Part shown: one piece after another, positions 40,418 to 53,066 of the stretch
Position numbering within the stretch: position 1 is the first letter of the stretch
Layout: each line of letters begins with the position of its first letter
NCBI RefSeq assembly: GCF_006345805.1
Contig: NC_042997.1
Span: 200,384,001 to 200,448,000, forward strand
DNA length: 64,000 bases
From: Octopus sinensis
Taxonomy: Eukaryota
Reading direction: 5' to 3'
Notes under the pieces: generated by a model
Told to the model about the DNA's origin: nothing
The model's input: only the letters and a program-made list of their open reading frames with translations
Databases searched by the model: none
Made by a program: the position numbers and the translations under genes

Positions 40418-40512
40418 GTATCTATATCTAGCTGCCCACCTGTCTATCTATCTATCTACCTACCTATCTATCTACCTACCTATCTACTTATCTATCTACC
40501 TATCTATGTGTG

Positions 40513-40543
<31 letters not shown>

Positions 40544-41035
40544 GTATACATACCTATATACATATATAGATATAGATAAATATGCATATATATATACACA
40601 CACACATAGCTAGGTAGATAGATACACACACGCACACACACACACACACATATATCATCCTCCTCCTCATCATCATCATTTAACATTTGTTGTCCATGCT
40701 GGCATAGGTTGGATGGTTTGACTAGAGCTGGCAAGCTAGGGAGCAGCACCAGACTCCAATAGTCTGTTTTGGCTTGGTCTCTATAGCTGGATGCCCTTCC
40801 TAAAGCCAACTACTTTACAGAGAGTGCTGGGTGCTTTTATGTGGCACCTCACAGACAATTTCAAGTGGCACCACATGGATGCCTTTACATGACACCGCAA
40901 AGGTGCTTTTCCATGGCACTGCACAGGTGGTTTTATGTGGCACTGTAATGGGCACTTTTACATGGTGCTGCCATGAGCAACTTTTTGCAAGAAGATGGAA
41001 TGAACAGGCTTTAATCATAAAACTGAACAATTATA

Positions 41036-41456
41036 GGGGCAGGAGTGGCTGTGTGGTAAGTAGCTTGCTTACCAACCACATGGTTCCAGGTTCATTCCTA
41101 CTGCGTGGCACCTTGGGCCAGTGTCTTCTACTATAGCCTCGGGCCGACCAAAGCCTTGTGAGTGGATTTGGTAGACGGAAACTGAAAAGAAGCCCGTCGT
41201 ATATATGTATATATATATATATATATATATGCATGTGTGTGTTTGTGTGTCTGTGTTTGTCTCCCTAGCATTGCTTGACAACCGATGCTGGTGTGTTTAT
41301 GTCCCCGTTACTTAGCGGTTCGGCAAAAGCAGACCGATAGAATAACTACTGGGCTTACAAAAGAATAAGTCCCGGGGTCGAGTTGCTCGATTAAAGGTGG
41401 TGCTCCAGCATGGCCGCAGTCAAATGACTGAAACAAGTAAAAGAGTAAAAGAGTAA
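41036..41456 (+). mobile_element. SINE family A, full length
   Basis: A box TGGCTGTGTGG, B box GGTTCATTCC, CORE-like CCTTGGGCCAGTGTCTT, internal microsatellite, (GTAAAAGA)n tail. Confidence 0.92.
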
Positions 41457-41535
41457 TTGTTTCAGTGCAGTGATAATAGTTGTTACTTACTGAATTTTCC
41501 ATATCATGCTATTACATAAAATATTATATATATAA

Positions 41536-41936
41536 CTAGCTGTATCGCCCGGCGTTGCTCGGGTTTGTAAGGGAAATAACTATATAAGCATTTTTAGAGA
41601 TGTAAAGTATAATAGCCATCTCAATATGGCTAACCACAAAGATGGGGGGGGGGTGTTACTGTAGCTTTTTACGTTCTGAGATTTAATAATAAATTTTTAG
41701 AGAGTTACTTCCCTTATATATGCCAAAAATGCATTAAAAATGGGAAAAATTGATGGTAAATTTTTTTTCAATCGTAGACTCATCGTAGACGCGTGCTAAT
41801 ACCCAGGAGGGTTTGATATGAATCACGGCTATAAGATACCCGGTTTTGGTTAAACTGCACCGCAAAATGTGGGGGTAGTTAGGAATCTAAATCGTAGGAG
41901 ACAGACAGCACACAACCTCACTTTTATATATAAAGA
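41536..41936 (-). mobile_element. Complete non-autonomous Helitron-like element (401 bp)
   Basis: Minus strand: A|TCTTTATATATAAAA...CCCGAGCAACGCCGGG CGATACAG CTAG|T; 5' TC, subterminal hairpin, 3' CTAG, AT target. Confidence 0.85.
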
Positions 41937-42170
41937 TTACATAAAATTTCCAACAGCATCTGTGTACTGGCACATCATCAGGTGAGTGACTTTATGTGTG
42001 TGCATGATTGTATCTCCTTGTGTTTATGTCATATCATAGCCACAGAACAGAATCATGAACATGCAAGATGAACAATTCATTCTGCAGAAGACTTATTTCT
42101 AATTCAAATGATGGTAAGTTGCGTCAGTGCATGCGTGTCTCTGTGAGCGCAAGTGTGCATGCATGCGTGT

Positions 42171-42204
<34 letters not shown>

Positions 42205-43178
42205 TCATCATACATCCTCAGATGCAGTACTTGAACACTTATGTATATTCATATGTTTAAAACAATTTAAAACAATTCCTAGCAACCATTTAACCCGAAC
42301 AAAAAAAAAAGAACAGAATTTTTATTCATTTTGTTTTATTATTCTTCACTTCACAGTGATGATAAATGAAAGTTGTTGAGGCCAGAGAATATACTAACCA
42401 CTTCCTAAGAGAGAGATCAAATATTTACTGAACAGCTGGGACAATGTTTGTATTCATCAATATCTTGTCTGGTCTCCATTGAAACTGAGAATCTTATAAT
42501 ATTTGCAACAATAATTCATCCTCTTATGTTATTTCTTGAATTTCTTCATCATCATGTCATCTCTCTGTTGTAAGGTACAATGAGGAAACCTGAATGTGGC
42601 TTCTCACTCTGCTAGTAATAACAGCCAACTTTCTGCTCTAAATTACACACCCTTCTATCTTGGAAAAGGAAGGACATGATGAAAAAATATAGTCTTTAGT
42701 TAAAAAATATAAAGAATTTTGTCTGCAAAGGAGACAAGATAGACATTTGCTCTTTCAGGTGTCACTTAGGACAAAACAACTGAATACTTATTCACAGAGA
42801 ATCAATTTGGAATAAATAAAAGATCTTTGGGTAAAACCTTTGATGATTACTTTTAAGAAGAAATCTATACTTCTTGAGGCTCAAGTTCCTATTGTCTGAG
42901 ATTCAAGCAGAGAAAGGTAAAGTGGAAAACAATTGTTCTAAAGATGTGAGAAGAAATAAACACAATAACAAGATGCTGAGAATCAATGAAAATGCTTCCT
43001 GTTCTCTACGGTTAGAGACAGTCTTTATTCAGATATTCGGGTGCAGGTGTGGCTGTGTGGTTAAGAAATTCATTTTGTAACTCTATGTCCTGGGTTCAAT
43101 CCAACTGACTGGACATCGATGACCAATAGATTGTGATTAAAATTGAGTTGGTGGTTAGGGTGCAGAAATCTATCTTAT

Positions 43179-43213
<35 letters not shown>

Positions 43214-43844
43214 CATACATACACACGTACATACGTATATACATACATACATGCTGAGACCCCTTTCGGTCATGACTGACCATGGGATTGCACCTAGAAA
43301 GTTACACTCCCAGGCACAAGTCCGGGCAAGTTTGTTTACGGAAGACCAGCAGTCACCCATGCATAACGGCCTCCCCTCTCCATGCCACTAGTGTTATCCA
43401 AGGGAAAGGAAAAGGCCGATATAGCTTGGCACCTGAGGTGTCACAATTCATTTCTACAGCTGAGTAAACTGGAGCAATGTGAAATAAAGTGTCTTGCTCA
43501 AGAAAACAACATGCAACCTGGTCCAGGATTCGAACTCACAACCTCACGATCATAAGCTTGACGTTCCAACCACTGAGCCTTCACACATACATACATACAT
43601 GTCAAAATGTACTGTTGCAGTACCATGTAAAAAGCACTGGTGCTGGTGCCACATAGAAATCACCCAGTACACTCTTTCAAGTGGTTGTCATTAGAAAGGG
43701 CCATCCAGCCATAGAAGACATGCCGAAACAGACAATCGAGCCTGGTGCAGTTCTTGGCCTTACCAGTTCCTGTTAAAGCATCCGAACTATGCCAGCATGG
43801 AAAACAGACATTTAATAATGGTTATGATGATGATGATATATATG

Positions 43845-44153
43845 GATAGGAATAGGGTATGGAGAAGGTAAATCGGCACTACATATGTTTCCAAGAAAAG
43901 CTGAAGATATTATTTGGCTTTAGGATATAACATATACATTAAGCTTCACTTTTCTTGAGAAACATTTATCTGCATTTTACAAGTTCCATAAACAAGTCGT
44001 TGCAACAAAGAACTTGTAAACTACAAGTAAAGATATCTGATAAAAAGTCAAGCTGAATATATATGTTACACCTCAAAGTTACATAACACATGTTCAGCTT
44101 TATTTGGAAACATGTGTAGTATGAACTTACCTTCGTAATTCACTATACCTATC
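43845..44153. repeat. Diverged fold-back element, about 310 bp; arms carry GAAAC-ATRT-GTA (hammerhead 3' half)
   Basis: GAAGGTAAATCGGCACTACATATGTTTCCAAGAAAAGCTGAA pairs with TTCAGCTTTATTTGGAAACATGTGTAGTATGAACTTACCTTC. Confidence 0.75.
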
Positions 44154-44739
44154 AAATTATAATCTCATAATTAGCGATTTTCGTTGCTAAACAGTTGAGT
44201 TGTATATTTGCGGTTATCTTATCGAAACCTTCATCAAATTTGATATGGGACAAATTGTATAACATACATTGATAGACAAACTTAGTTGATTGAGTATCGT
44301 ATGTTTTATGTCATCTATACAAACTATGTCTATGCTTGATGCACTCTAACTGCTTGTACCAAGATCTTTTAGGTTCCAAGCTCTTTTCTCATAGATCACC
44401 ATCCTGGTTTTTGATGTGTGTGTTTATATGCATGCATATGTGTTTCTATGTTGGTTACATACCAATGACTGTTCTGTGCTTCTGTTTAGGTGAAGAGTGT
44501 TAACATTGGTGAGTAACAAATCGGTGTTCTTATAATGATATCCTTTGTAATATTTGTTCTGCCATGAACTGCCGACGCTCCCTTGTTCCCCACCCCAACA
44601 GACAGAAATGCTTTCTGTATGCCTTTGTCTCAATGGTATTTACTCTGATACTCTCTCTGCTACCATTCTATCACAGGAAAACGTATGTTCCTTTCATCAA
44701 GCTTTAACCTCTCTCATCTTTAATCTCTCTCATCAACTA

Positions 44740-45181
44740 GGCGCAGGAGTGGCTGTTTGGTAAGTAGCTTGCTAACCAACCACATGGTTCCGGGTTCAGT
44801 CCCACTGCGTGGCATCTTGGGCACGTGTCTTCTGCTATAGCCCCGGGCCGACCAATGCCGTGTGAGTGGATTTGGTAGACGGAAACTGAAAGAAGCCTGT
44901 CGTATATATGTATATATATATATAAGTGTGTGTGAATATGTTTGTGTGTCTGTGTTTGTCCCCCTAGCATTGCTTGACAACCGATGCTGGTGTGTTTACA
45001 TCCCCGTAACTTAGCGGTTCGGCAAAAGAGACCGATAGAATAAGTACTGGGCTTACAAAGAATAAGTCCCGGGGTCGATTTGCTCGACTAAAGGCAGTGC
45101 TCCAGCATGGCCGCAATCAAATGACTGAAACAAGTAAAAAGAGTAAAAAAAGAGAGTAAAAAGAGTAAAGAGAGAGAGTAA
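44740..45181 (+). mobile_element. SINE family A, full length
   Basis: Near-identical to 41036-41456. Confidence 0.92.
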
Positions 45182-45682
45182 CTAACCAATTAAGTTGTTC
45201 ACTCTTTCGTTGGTATTCTCTGCAATCACATGAATTCATTAGTCTTACTTGTGACCAAGTAACCTCACTTGTGCTGATGCCACAGAAAACAACACACACA
45301 GTAAAGTTGTTGGAGTTGGAGCTACGAAGTAGGAATGGATAACTGGTCTACACGTTCACCAATCAAAACATGCCAAATGGGAAACATTAAATCATGATGT
45401 TGCCCCCACCACCACCACCGCTGCCTGCCCAACTCATCAGAACTAATGGAACCATCCATCCAATGTTATCTTGGAAAGGGTATGTAAAATAATGATGATG
45501 ATGATGATGATGACACACTCCCCCCCCCACACACATTCAAGAGTTTTGGGAAATATAATGATCCATGAGTTTAAATAAATGTATTTATCCAAGAAATTTA
45601 GCAAACAATTTTATCTTAGAGTTCAAATATAAATGCATGCATGTACACACACACACACACAACACACACACACACACACACA

Positions 45683-45728
<46 letters not shown>

Positions 45729-46684
45729 GTTGCAAAAATACCTACTGAAAGCTTTCACCAAGAAAATAACAGCAAAACATCCAAATTACTAGGAATGACT
45801 CCAGTCCCTAAAGATATTCCATAAAATCGTGACATTCTCTTCTAGAAATGATAAATTAAAGAAGAGAAATATTCAAACATTTACCAATGCAATCGAAAAC
45901 TAACAATCACCTTTTGATGATATATTACAGTTCTTATGCCTTAAGACTTTACCATTCTTTAAAATTTTTAAACAATCAGAAATACAACAATAGTATCGAT
46001 AACTTAATTATGGATATACAGGGTTTGGTAGAAGAGTTGCCCTGATTTCAAAGGTTAATAAAAACAAACACACGAAGATACAAGAAAAAACTTTGTATTT
46101 CTAATAAATGCACACTTTTCTCCACTCCCGACTGTGATAGATATTATCTGAAACAGGAAAACAAAATGGCATTTCATGAACTTTATAGAAATATGAGGTT
46201 TATTCATACATCTTCATGTGTTTGCTTTTTATTAACCATTAAAATCAGGTAGATCTTTCTGCCGTATCCTGTATTTCTAATTGGAACTCCAGGCCCGGCA
46301 TTTTTACTGGGACATAATCTGTTGATGGGTTGTACAAAGGTTTCCAATGGCTTCTTAATATACTTATACAAGCATTGAAATATCAGAAATTCAGGAGAAG
46401 CAAGGCTTAAGTAGTTCACTGCACATTCACATGGCTTCAGGTTCGGTCTTAGTGTAGAGCATCTCCCACTACAGACATGAATAAACTGAACAAAGCCTAT
46501 ATATATACGATGGGCTTCTTTCAGTTTCCATCTACCAAATACACTCACAAAGCTTTGGTCGGCCTGAGGCTATAGTAGAAGACACTTGCCCAAGGTGCCA
46601 TGCAGTGGGACTGAACCCAGAACCATGTGTGGTTGGTAAGCAAGCTATTTACCACACACCCACACCTGCACCTATATATATATA

Positions 46685-47096
46685 TCTCTATATATAAAAC
46701 TGAAATGCGTTTTTACCGCTTGGATCGCTTTCAATGCCACTACATCCCGTCCGATTCGCTCCAAAATTTACAGGGACATGTAGAATGAGGTGACGATGCT
46801 CGTGGGCTACCTTAGAAATTCCTATCTTAAAAGGTGTGGTTGCTAGGGGCCATCTTCCTCACTCACCCTATTTCCTCCAGTACCCTCTCACTCCTCTTCA
46901 TTTGACAAGTCCACTACCGTTATTTAATGTAAAGTCTTCCTCAAATCACTCTCTCGCTATTTCCTCTCTTCCAAGAACATTTTCACTCACTCTATCTCTT
47001 AGCTTCCCATACATTTTACTCATGTATCTATCTGCGTTCATAGACAGAAACAAATATTACATCACCATCGCCATCGCATTCTATTGTCTACCTGTC

Positions 47097-47145
<49 letters not shown>

Positions 47146-47255
47146 CTAATATTATATTTTTATTTTTATGTTTTTGTTTTTGGTTTTTTACTGTTTCATT
47201 TCCCTATTAGTGGTTTTATCTCTAATTTAATTTCTACAGCGTGCACACACACACA

Positions 47256-47305
<50 letters not shown>

Positions 47306-49098
47306 CTATATGTGGCTCCAATAGACCCGAATGAAATCGGGTTCTCTTCATCAAAATGTGAAAAGGGGTCTAGAATTATCATCGCCACCACCACCACCAC
47401 CACCACCAACACACTTTCATGACAATCTTTCTCTTAAAACAAATCATGTTTACATTGCAAAATATTTCATTTTCCCCGTCCTCTCTTTCATATATCACCT
47501 TTTCTTTCTCGAGCTCTCTCTTTTTTCGCCGTCTCTATTTATTCTACAACGAGTCTATCAATGACAGCCGCAAAAGTTTCAATATTCTTACTTCACCTCT
47601 TTCAGAAACGCAACAGATATTATTTTTTTGCCGGGGTTAAAGCCCACTACATCCCGTTGGATTCACTCCAAAATTTACACCTTTTCTTTCTACCTCTAAC
47701 TCCCCTTCAATTTCTCTTTATCTCCATTCATAAAGATAATTATCATCGCCACTACCACCACCACCAACACACAATCTGGACAATCTTTCTCTTAAAACAA
47801 ATCATGTTTACATTGCAACGACGTCTGCCACCTCCGCCGTCTCTATTTATTCTGCAAATGACCAGAACTCGGGAAACTTGGTTGAGTGTTCTATGGTCTA
47901 TGACCAGAACTCGGGAAACTTGGTTGAGTGTTCTATGGTCTATGACCAGAACTCGGGAAACATGCTTGACTGTTCTATGGCCTATGACCAGAACTCGGGT
48001 AACTTGGTTGAGTGTTCTATGGTCTATGACCAGAACTTGGAAAACTTGGTTGAGTCCTCATCTTATAAAATGTGGCCCCAGTAGACCCAAATGAAATCGG
48101 GTTATATTAACCAAAATGTGAAAAGGGGTCTAAATGGGACTGGAAGGGGATTAAAATTTAAAGGAGCGGGTGTTTAGCAATTCTCTATTACATCAAGCTA
48201 AAAAATTTGCGCCAGCCTTTTAATCGTCAATGTGTTGCCGTCCATGATGAAGAAGTTTTGAATGCTTGCCATCGTGAGTCTACTGTCGTGAGAAAGAATC
48301 AATTCAAAACTTGGTTTTTAGGGATTTTCTTTTACATCAAGTTCAAAATTTTACGCCAGCCGTTGAACTGTCAATACGTTGCTGTCCGTCGTTAAGAAAT
48401 GCCGGCCATGGTGACTCTACTATCCTCAGATTCTCTCCCTTCAAACTTTGGTTTCCAATATTTTATTATTTTTATTCAGCTCGCAAGTTCGTCTGTCCCT
48501 TTTAAATGTTAGTGTTTTGCTGTCTGCCTTGAAGCAGACCTTTCCGTTGTTACTGCCTGATATTTATGATTGATCTTTCTAAATATTTTATTTCTCAACT
48601 TACTCAAGATCTTTTGTCGTTTATAAATGGGAGAGAGATAGATAAAGATAGAGAGTAAGAGAAAGCGAGGGAGAGTCCGAGAGAAAGGAAGAGTAAGAGA
48701 GTGGGAAAGTGAGAGAGAAAGGAGAGAGAAACAAAGAGGGAGAATCATCATCATCATCGTTTAACGTCCGTTTCCCGTGCTAGCACGGGTTGGACAATTT
48801 GACAGGGGTCTGGGAAGCCAGGAGGCTGTACCAGGCTCCAGTCTGATCTGGCAGTGTTTTGACAGGTGGATGCCCTTCCTAACGCCAACCACTCTGTGAG
48901 CGTAGTGGCACAGGTGCCAGGGGGGCTGGCAGCGGCCACGATCGGTTGGTGCTTTTTACGTGCCACCAGCACAGAAGCCAGTCAAGGCGGCGCTGCAATC
49001 GGCCACGTTCGGATGGTGCTTTTTACGTGCTGAAAGGAAGCAACAGAAAGTAACAACCACACTCTTACCCGCGCGTAGAGCGGGTCACCTTCAGCTAG
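46685..49098 (+). mobile_element. Non-autonomous Helitron-like element (2.4 kb) with internal duplications, a minisatellite and a nested RTE tail
   Basis: 5' A|TCTCTATATATAAAA; 3' hairpin CCCGC-GCGTAGA-GCGGG, then CTAG|T at 49095-49098. Confidence 0.75.
47858..48056. repeat. 42-bp minisatellite, about 4.7 units
   Basis: ATGACCAGAACTCGGGAAACTTGGTTGAGTGTTCTATGGTCT at 47858, 47900, 47942, 47984, 48026. Confidence 0.95.
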
Positions 49099-49160
49099 TA
49101 TATATATATATAGCTGAAGGTTTAAAATTAATCAAAGGACATACTTGTTATGTCTACCTG

Positions 49161-49621
49161 CTGGAAATAACAGTCAAAACTCTTATTTAAATCGACAAAA
49201 TACGCTGATAATAACTGCAGAAATCAAGTGTCTGTGAGCAAAAGGGCCAAGACAATCTCTCAGCATACATTCAAGTATTTGGACTCACATGGACCGGTTT
49301 TGGGGTTGATATTATAGCCTCACCTTCCTCAGCACACGTTACCATGTTGAAGTCTACACTGCAAATGATTCATTTTGCGCCAAAATCACGGCAGCCACCA
49401 GTGTGAAAATAATTTCAATACAGAGCAAATAATTCACGAGAAAAAAAAATGCAATCGCCTATATTATTGATTCTGTTATTAACATTTTAAAATTGATACA
49501 CTAGATAATAACAGTCAATGATACAGTATATTCGTGAATGATTTCTTTGTGTATTATTTTCTTTCTCATGAATTATTTGCTCTGTATTGATATATATATA
49601 TATATATACATACATATATAT

Positions 49622-49665
<44 letters not shown>

Positions 49666-50275
49666 ATATATATTATATATATATATATAATATATATATA
49701 TATATATTATATATATATTATATATATATATATACATATATATATACATATATAGCAGAGTAAGACATAAATGGGAAACAAGTTGGAAAAAATAGTACTC
49801 AAATACCGGAGGCAGAATAATATGAAAATGGGGTCATAACCCCGAAATATTGAAAACAAGGTAAGCCTACATTAATTCGCATAATTGTTTTCTTGTGATT
49901 TACCTTGCATTTACTTCGCATTGTTTTGGCCTTACCCACGACCTTTTATACAATATAGTCTACACAGTACTTCATAGTAATTATTCATTATAATATATAT
50001 ATATATTGCTGAAGGATTAAAATTTATATTAACCAAAATATATACTGAGTAAGGTGAGGCTATAATCAAAGGATATACCGAGGAAGGTGAGGTTATAATG
50101 CCAGTCCAGAAACCGGTTCAGGTGAGTCCAAATACTAGAAAAGATATAGCTGGATGCTATATTGTTATGTTGACTGATTCTCTTAATCCATATGCTCGTA
50201 GACGGTTGATTTCTGTAGTTATTAACAATATTATTTTTTCGATGGTTTAAATAAGAGTTTTGACTGTTATTTCTA
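49161..50275. mobile_element. Inverted-repeat element with a minimal hammerhead remnant in each arm
   Basis: 49161-49335 inverted at 50078-50275; minus 49338-49286 CGTGTG CTGAGGA AGGTGA...CC AAAA CCGG TC CATGTG; plus CCGAGGA(50078)...GAAA(50109) CCGG TT. Confidence 0.7.
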
Positions 50276-50471
50276 TTATACTGAGTCTCTCCTTTGATTA
50301 AAATAATCTTTAATCTTTCAGCTATTTAATGCTTTTTTGGGGACCTGCAGTCGCCTATAATATTAATTCTGTTTTTATCATTTTAATTATTTTACCCTAG
50401 ATAATAATAGAGTTAATGATATCATCATAAATATTTTCTACTGAATTATTTGTTCCGTATTGGAATTATAC

Positions 50472-50509
<38 letters not shown>

Positions 50510-50573
50510 CAAAAGGATGTGTTATAATACTATTCCACATATACAAAAACAGACATACCAACAATCTGACATA

Positions 50574-50640
50574 CTTCCATCATCAGCTGCCCCTCGGATA
50601 TCATTATGGTTTCGACACCTGGGCAGTACAATTCAATCCG
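50574..50640 (-). ncRNA. Reverse-order (pseudoknotted) hammerhead-like ribozyme, copy 3 (GUA site)
   Basis: Minus: CGGAT TGA ATTGT A CTGCCC AGGTGTC GAA ACCAT AATGAT ATCCG AG GGGCAG CTGATGA TGG; 6-bp stem I, stem III with one mismatch, outer helix CGGAT/ATCCG. Confidence 0.65.
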
Positions 50641-50774
50641 GTGGTGTCAACAGCACTAAAATATGCATTGTTTGGGAAGAAACATACCAAAGAAACCACA
50701 ACTTTCAAACACATTTACACTATGTACAACATTATTGGTAAATAAATTCAATAAGTAAATCTATAACCGACTCC

Positions 50775-50819
<45 letters not shown>

Positions 50820-50824
50820 TATAT

Positions 50825-50868
<44 letters not shown>

Positions 50869-51025
50869 TATTTAACGTCCGTTTTCCATGCTGGCATGGG
50901 TTGGACGGTTTTGACTGAGGGCTGGCAAACAGATGGCTGCACCAGGCTCCAGTCTTGATCTGGCAGAGTTTCTACAGCTGGATGCCCTTCCTAACGCCAA
51001 CCACTCCGAGAGTGTAGTGGGTGCT

Positions 51026-51075
<50 letters not shown>

Positions 51076-51798
51076 TTAAAATCAAATATTTATTTCTTTA
51101 TTGCCCACAAGGAGCTAAACATAGAGGGGACAAACAAGGACAGACAAAAAGGTTAAGTCGATTAGATTGACCCCAGTATGCATCTTATCGACCCCGAAAG
51201 GATGAAAAGCAAAGTCGACCTCAGCGAAATTTGAACTCAGAACGTAGAGGCAGACGAAATACCACTAAGCATTTCGCCGCCTTAATTAAATATAGGATAA
51301 AAGCTATATAAGAATTTATCAAGTAGTCAGCGTGAGAACCACATAAGGGGAAAATTTATAATTATTCCCTTTAAATACATTTATTATATTAAGGGCATTA
51401 CTACACGTAATATTTAATTTTAAATTTAGCTGGAATATATTCAGTGCTGAATTATTCCGAGTATGCACATCTACCAAGATGTAATTTGAAGAACCCACCT
51501 CTTACATAAATACATAAGTGTGAACATTCCTATGTGTTATGTTGGATACATTTGATGTTCGTCTGGTATGTTGAATTTTGTTCATTTTTATGTGTCTTGA
51601 TTATGCCAGCACTGACGATTGGAAAGTGGATTATGTACACTAACTATGGAATCATATGCTTTGCGACTGAGTCTGTTTTTAAGAGACGATTTCCAGGTTG
51701 CATTCCTTCGCTGTCGGTACACTGTATATTCATCATGGTAGTTTTGACTTTAAGAGTCCCTCATACGTGTAGTAATGCCCTTAATATATATATATAAT

Positions 51799-51844
<46 letters not shown>

Positions 51845-51993
51845 TATAATATATATATATATATTATATATATATATATGTATGTATGTATATCGGTAGA
51901 ATATACAAATTGACTCAAGAGCTGAAAGTTTGTGCATTTATAATTATCAAAGTGGAAATGCACATCACTCTCAAAACATATACATATACATAC

Positions 51994-52054
<61 letters not shown>

Positions 52055-52195
52055 TGTGTGTGCGTGTGTGTGTGTGTATGTGTGTGTGTGCGTGCATGTG
52101 TGCGCATGTGTGTATGTAAGTTGAATTTAACATACGATAGCGTCTTATAAAGCTAGATTTATATATCCTAAATTTGCAGAAGAGTTTGTTGTTGG

Positions 52196-52268
52196 GTCAG
52201 TTTAGCTTAATGGTAAAGCACTGGACGTTGTAATCACAGGGATATGAGTTCAAGTCTCGTGACTGGCG
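52196..52268 (+). pseudogene. tRNA-like pseudogene (Thr-TGT-like) between inverted repeats of about 30 bp
   Basis: Acceptor GTCAGTT/GACTGGC, D arm GCTT/AAGC, T arm ATGAG-TTCAAGT-CTCGT; anticodon arm is irregular. Confidence 0.55.
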
Positions 52269-53066
52269 ACCGACAGAATTTTCTGCAAAATATGGATAGT
52301 TTATCCTGTTCATGCTATATTATTAGCATTATCAGTGTCAGGTGAGGAGGGTGATTTGGACACCCAGCAGGACTAAAAACAAAACCTGTCAAAGGGCAGA
52401 GGAATAAAGTTGAATAAAGTTGAAACATGGTCTGGTTTTTACGTTTTTTTTTATTATGATATTAAAAAAAAATTATTGCAATGTTGAAGTGTGCTAAATA
52501 TTAAAGAAATATTTTGTAATGTTCATGAATTTCAATTAGCGCTTTCATACGTTCGTAGTAATCACCAGATTTCAAAATGTATTTAACTGACAGTTGAGTT
52601 CTTGACATCTGTATTAAAATGACAGACTTCTTCCTTTTAATACTTCTTAAAAGGCTCCAACAAGCTGAATTTTTCGAATACGATTCTGACCAATTCGCAT
52701 GCGGCTCAAACGTCACGCTTTGCCAGGCGTACTGATATTACTGGCATAGATCCCCACCAATTAGCTTTCAGTTTACATGCAATGGTTTTAGGAATGAGCA
52801 AACTTAGTTGGTTTTGATCGTTTTTATTACTTCTGTAATTTGTTTATATTCGTATGTTAAAGATATTTTTTAACCCACGTCATTAACTGGTTGTTATATT
52901 ATTGCTGTTATTTCCATTCAAAACAGGTTTGAACATTTTAATAAACCGTTTTTCTTTTATCTTTCTTCCAACCTCACTTATGTCGTGCAGTTTGTGGAAA
53001 AGAAAAATTAGAAACAGTTCCTGACCACATGTTTCTGTATGTTCGCTCAGTGGAAGTTGGCGAACA

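Noticed and set aside
42357-42575. Exon-like segment with a strong acceptor (TTCTTCACTTCACAG)
   Set aside because: Early stops in all three frames; a non-coding exon cannot be supported without RNA data
47858-48056. CRISPR-like periodicity
   Set aside because: Contiguous tandem units without unique spacers; no cas genes; eukaryotic context
51614-51720. CTGACGA with stem I/II-like pairing (also CTGATGA at 19139)
   Set aside because: No GAAA or stem III at the required position
52501-52716. GDYYE motif resembling a mariner transposase C-terminus
   Set aside because: The rest of the ORF lacks mariner motifs and I found no TIR
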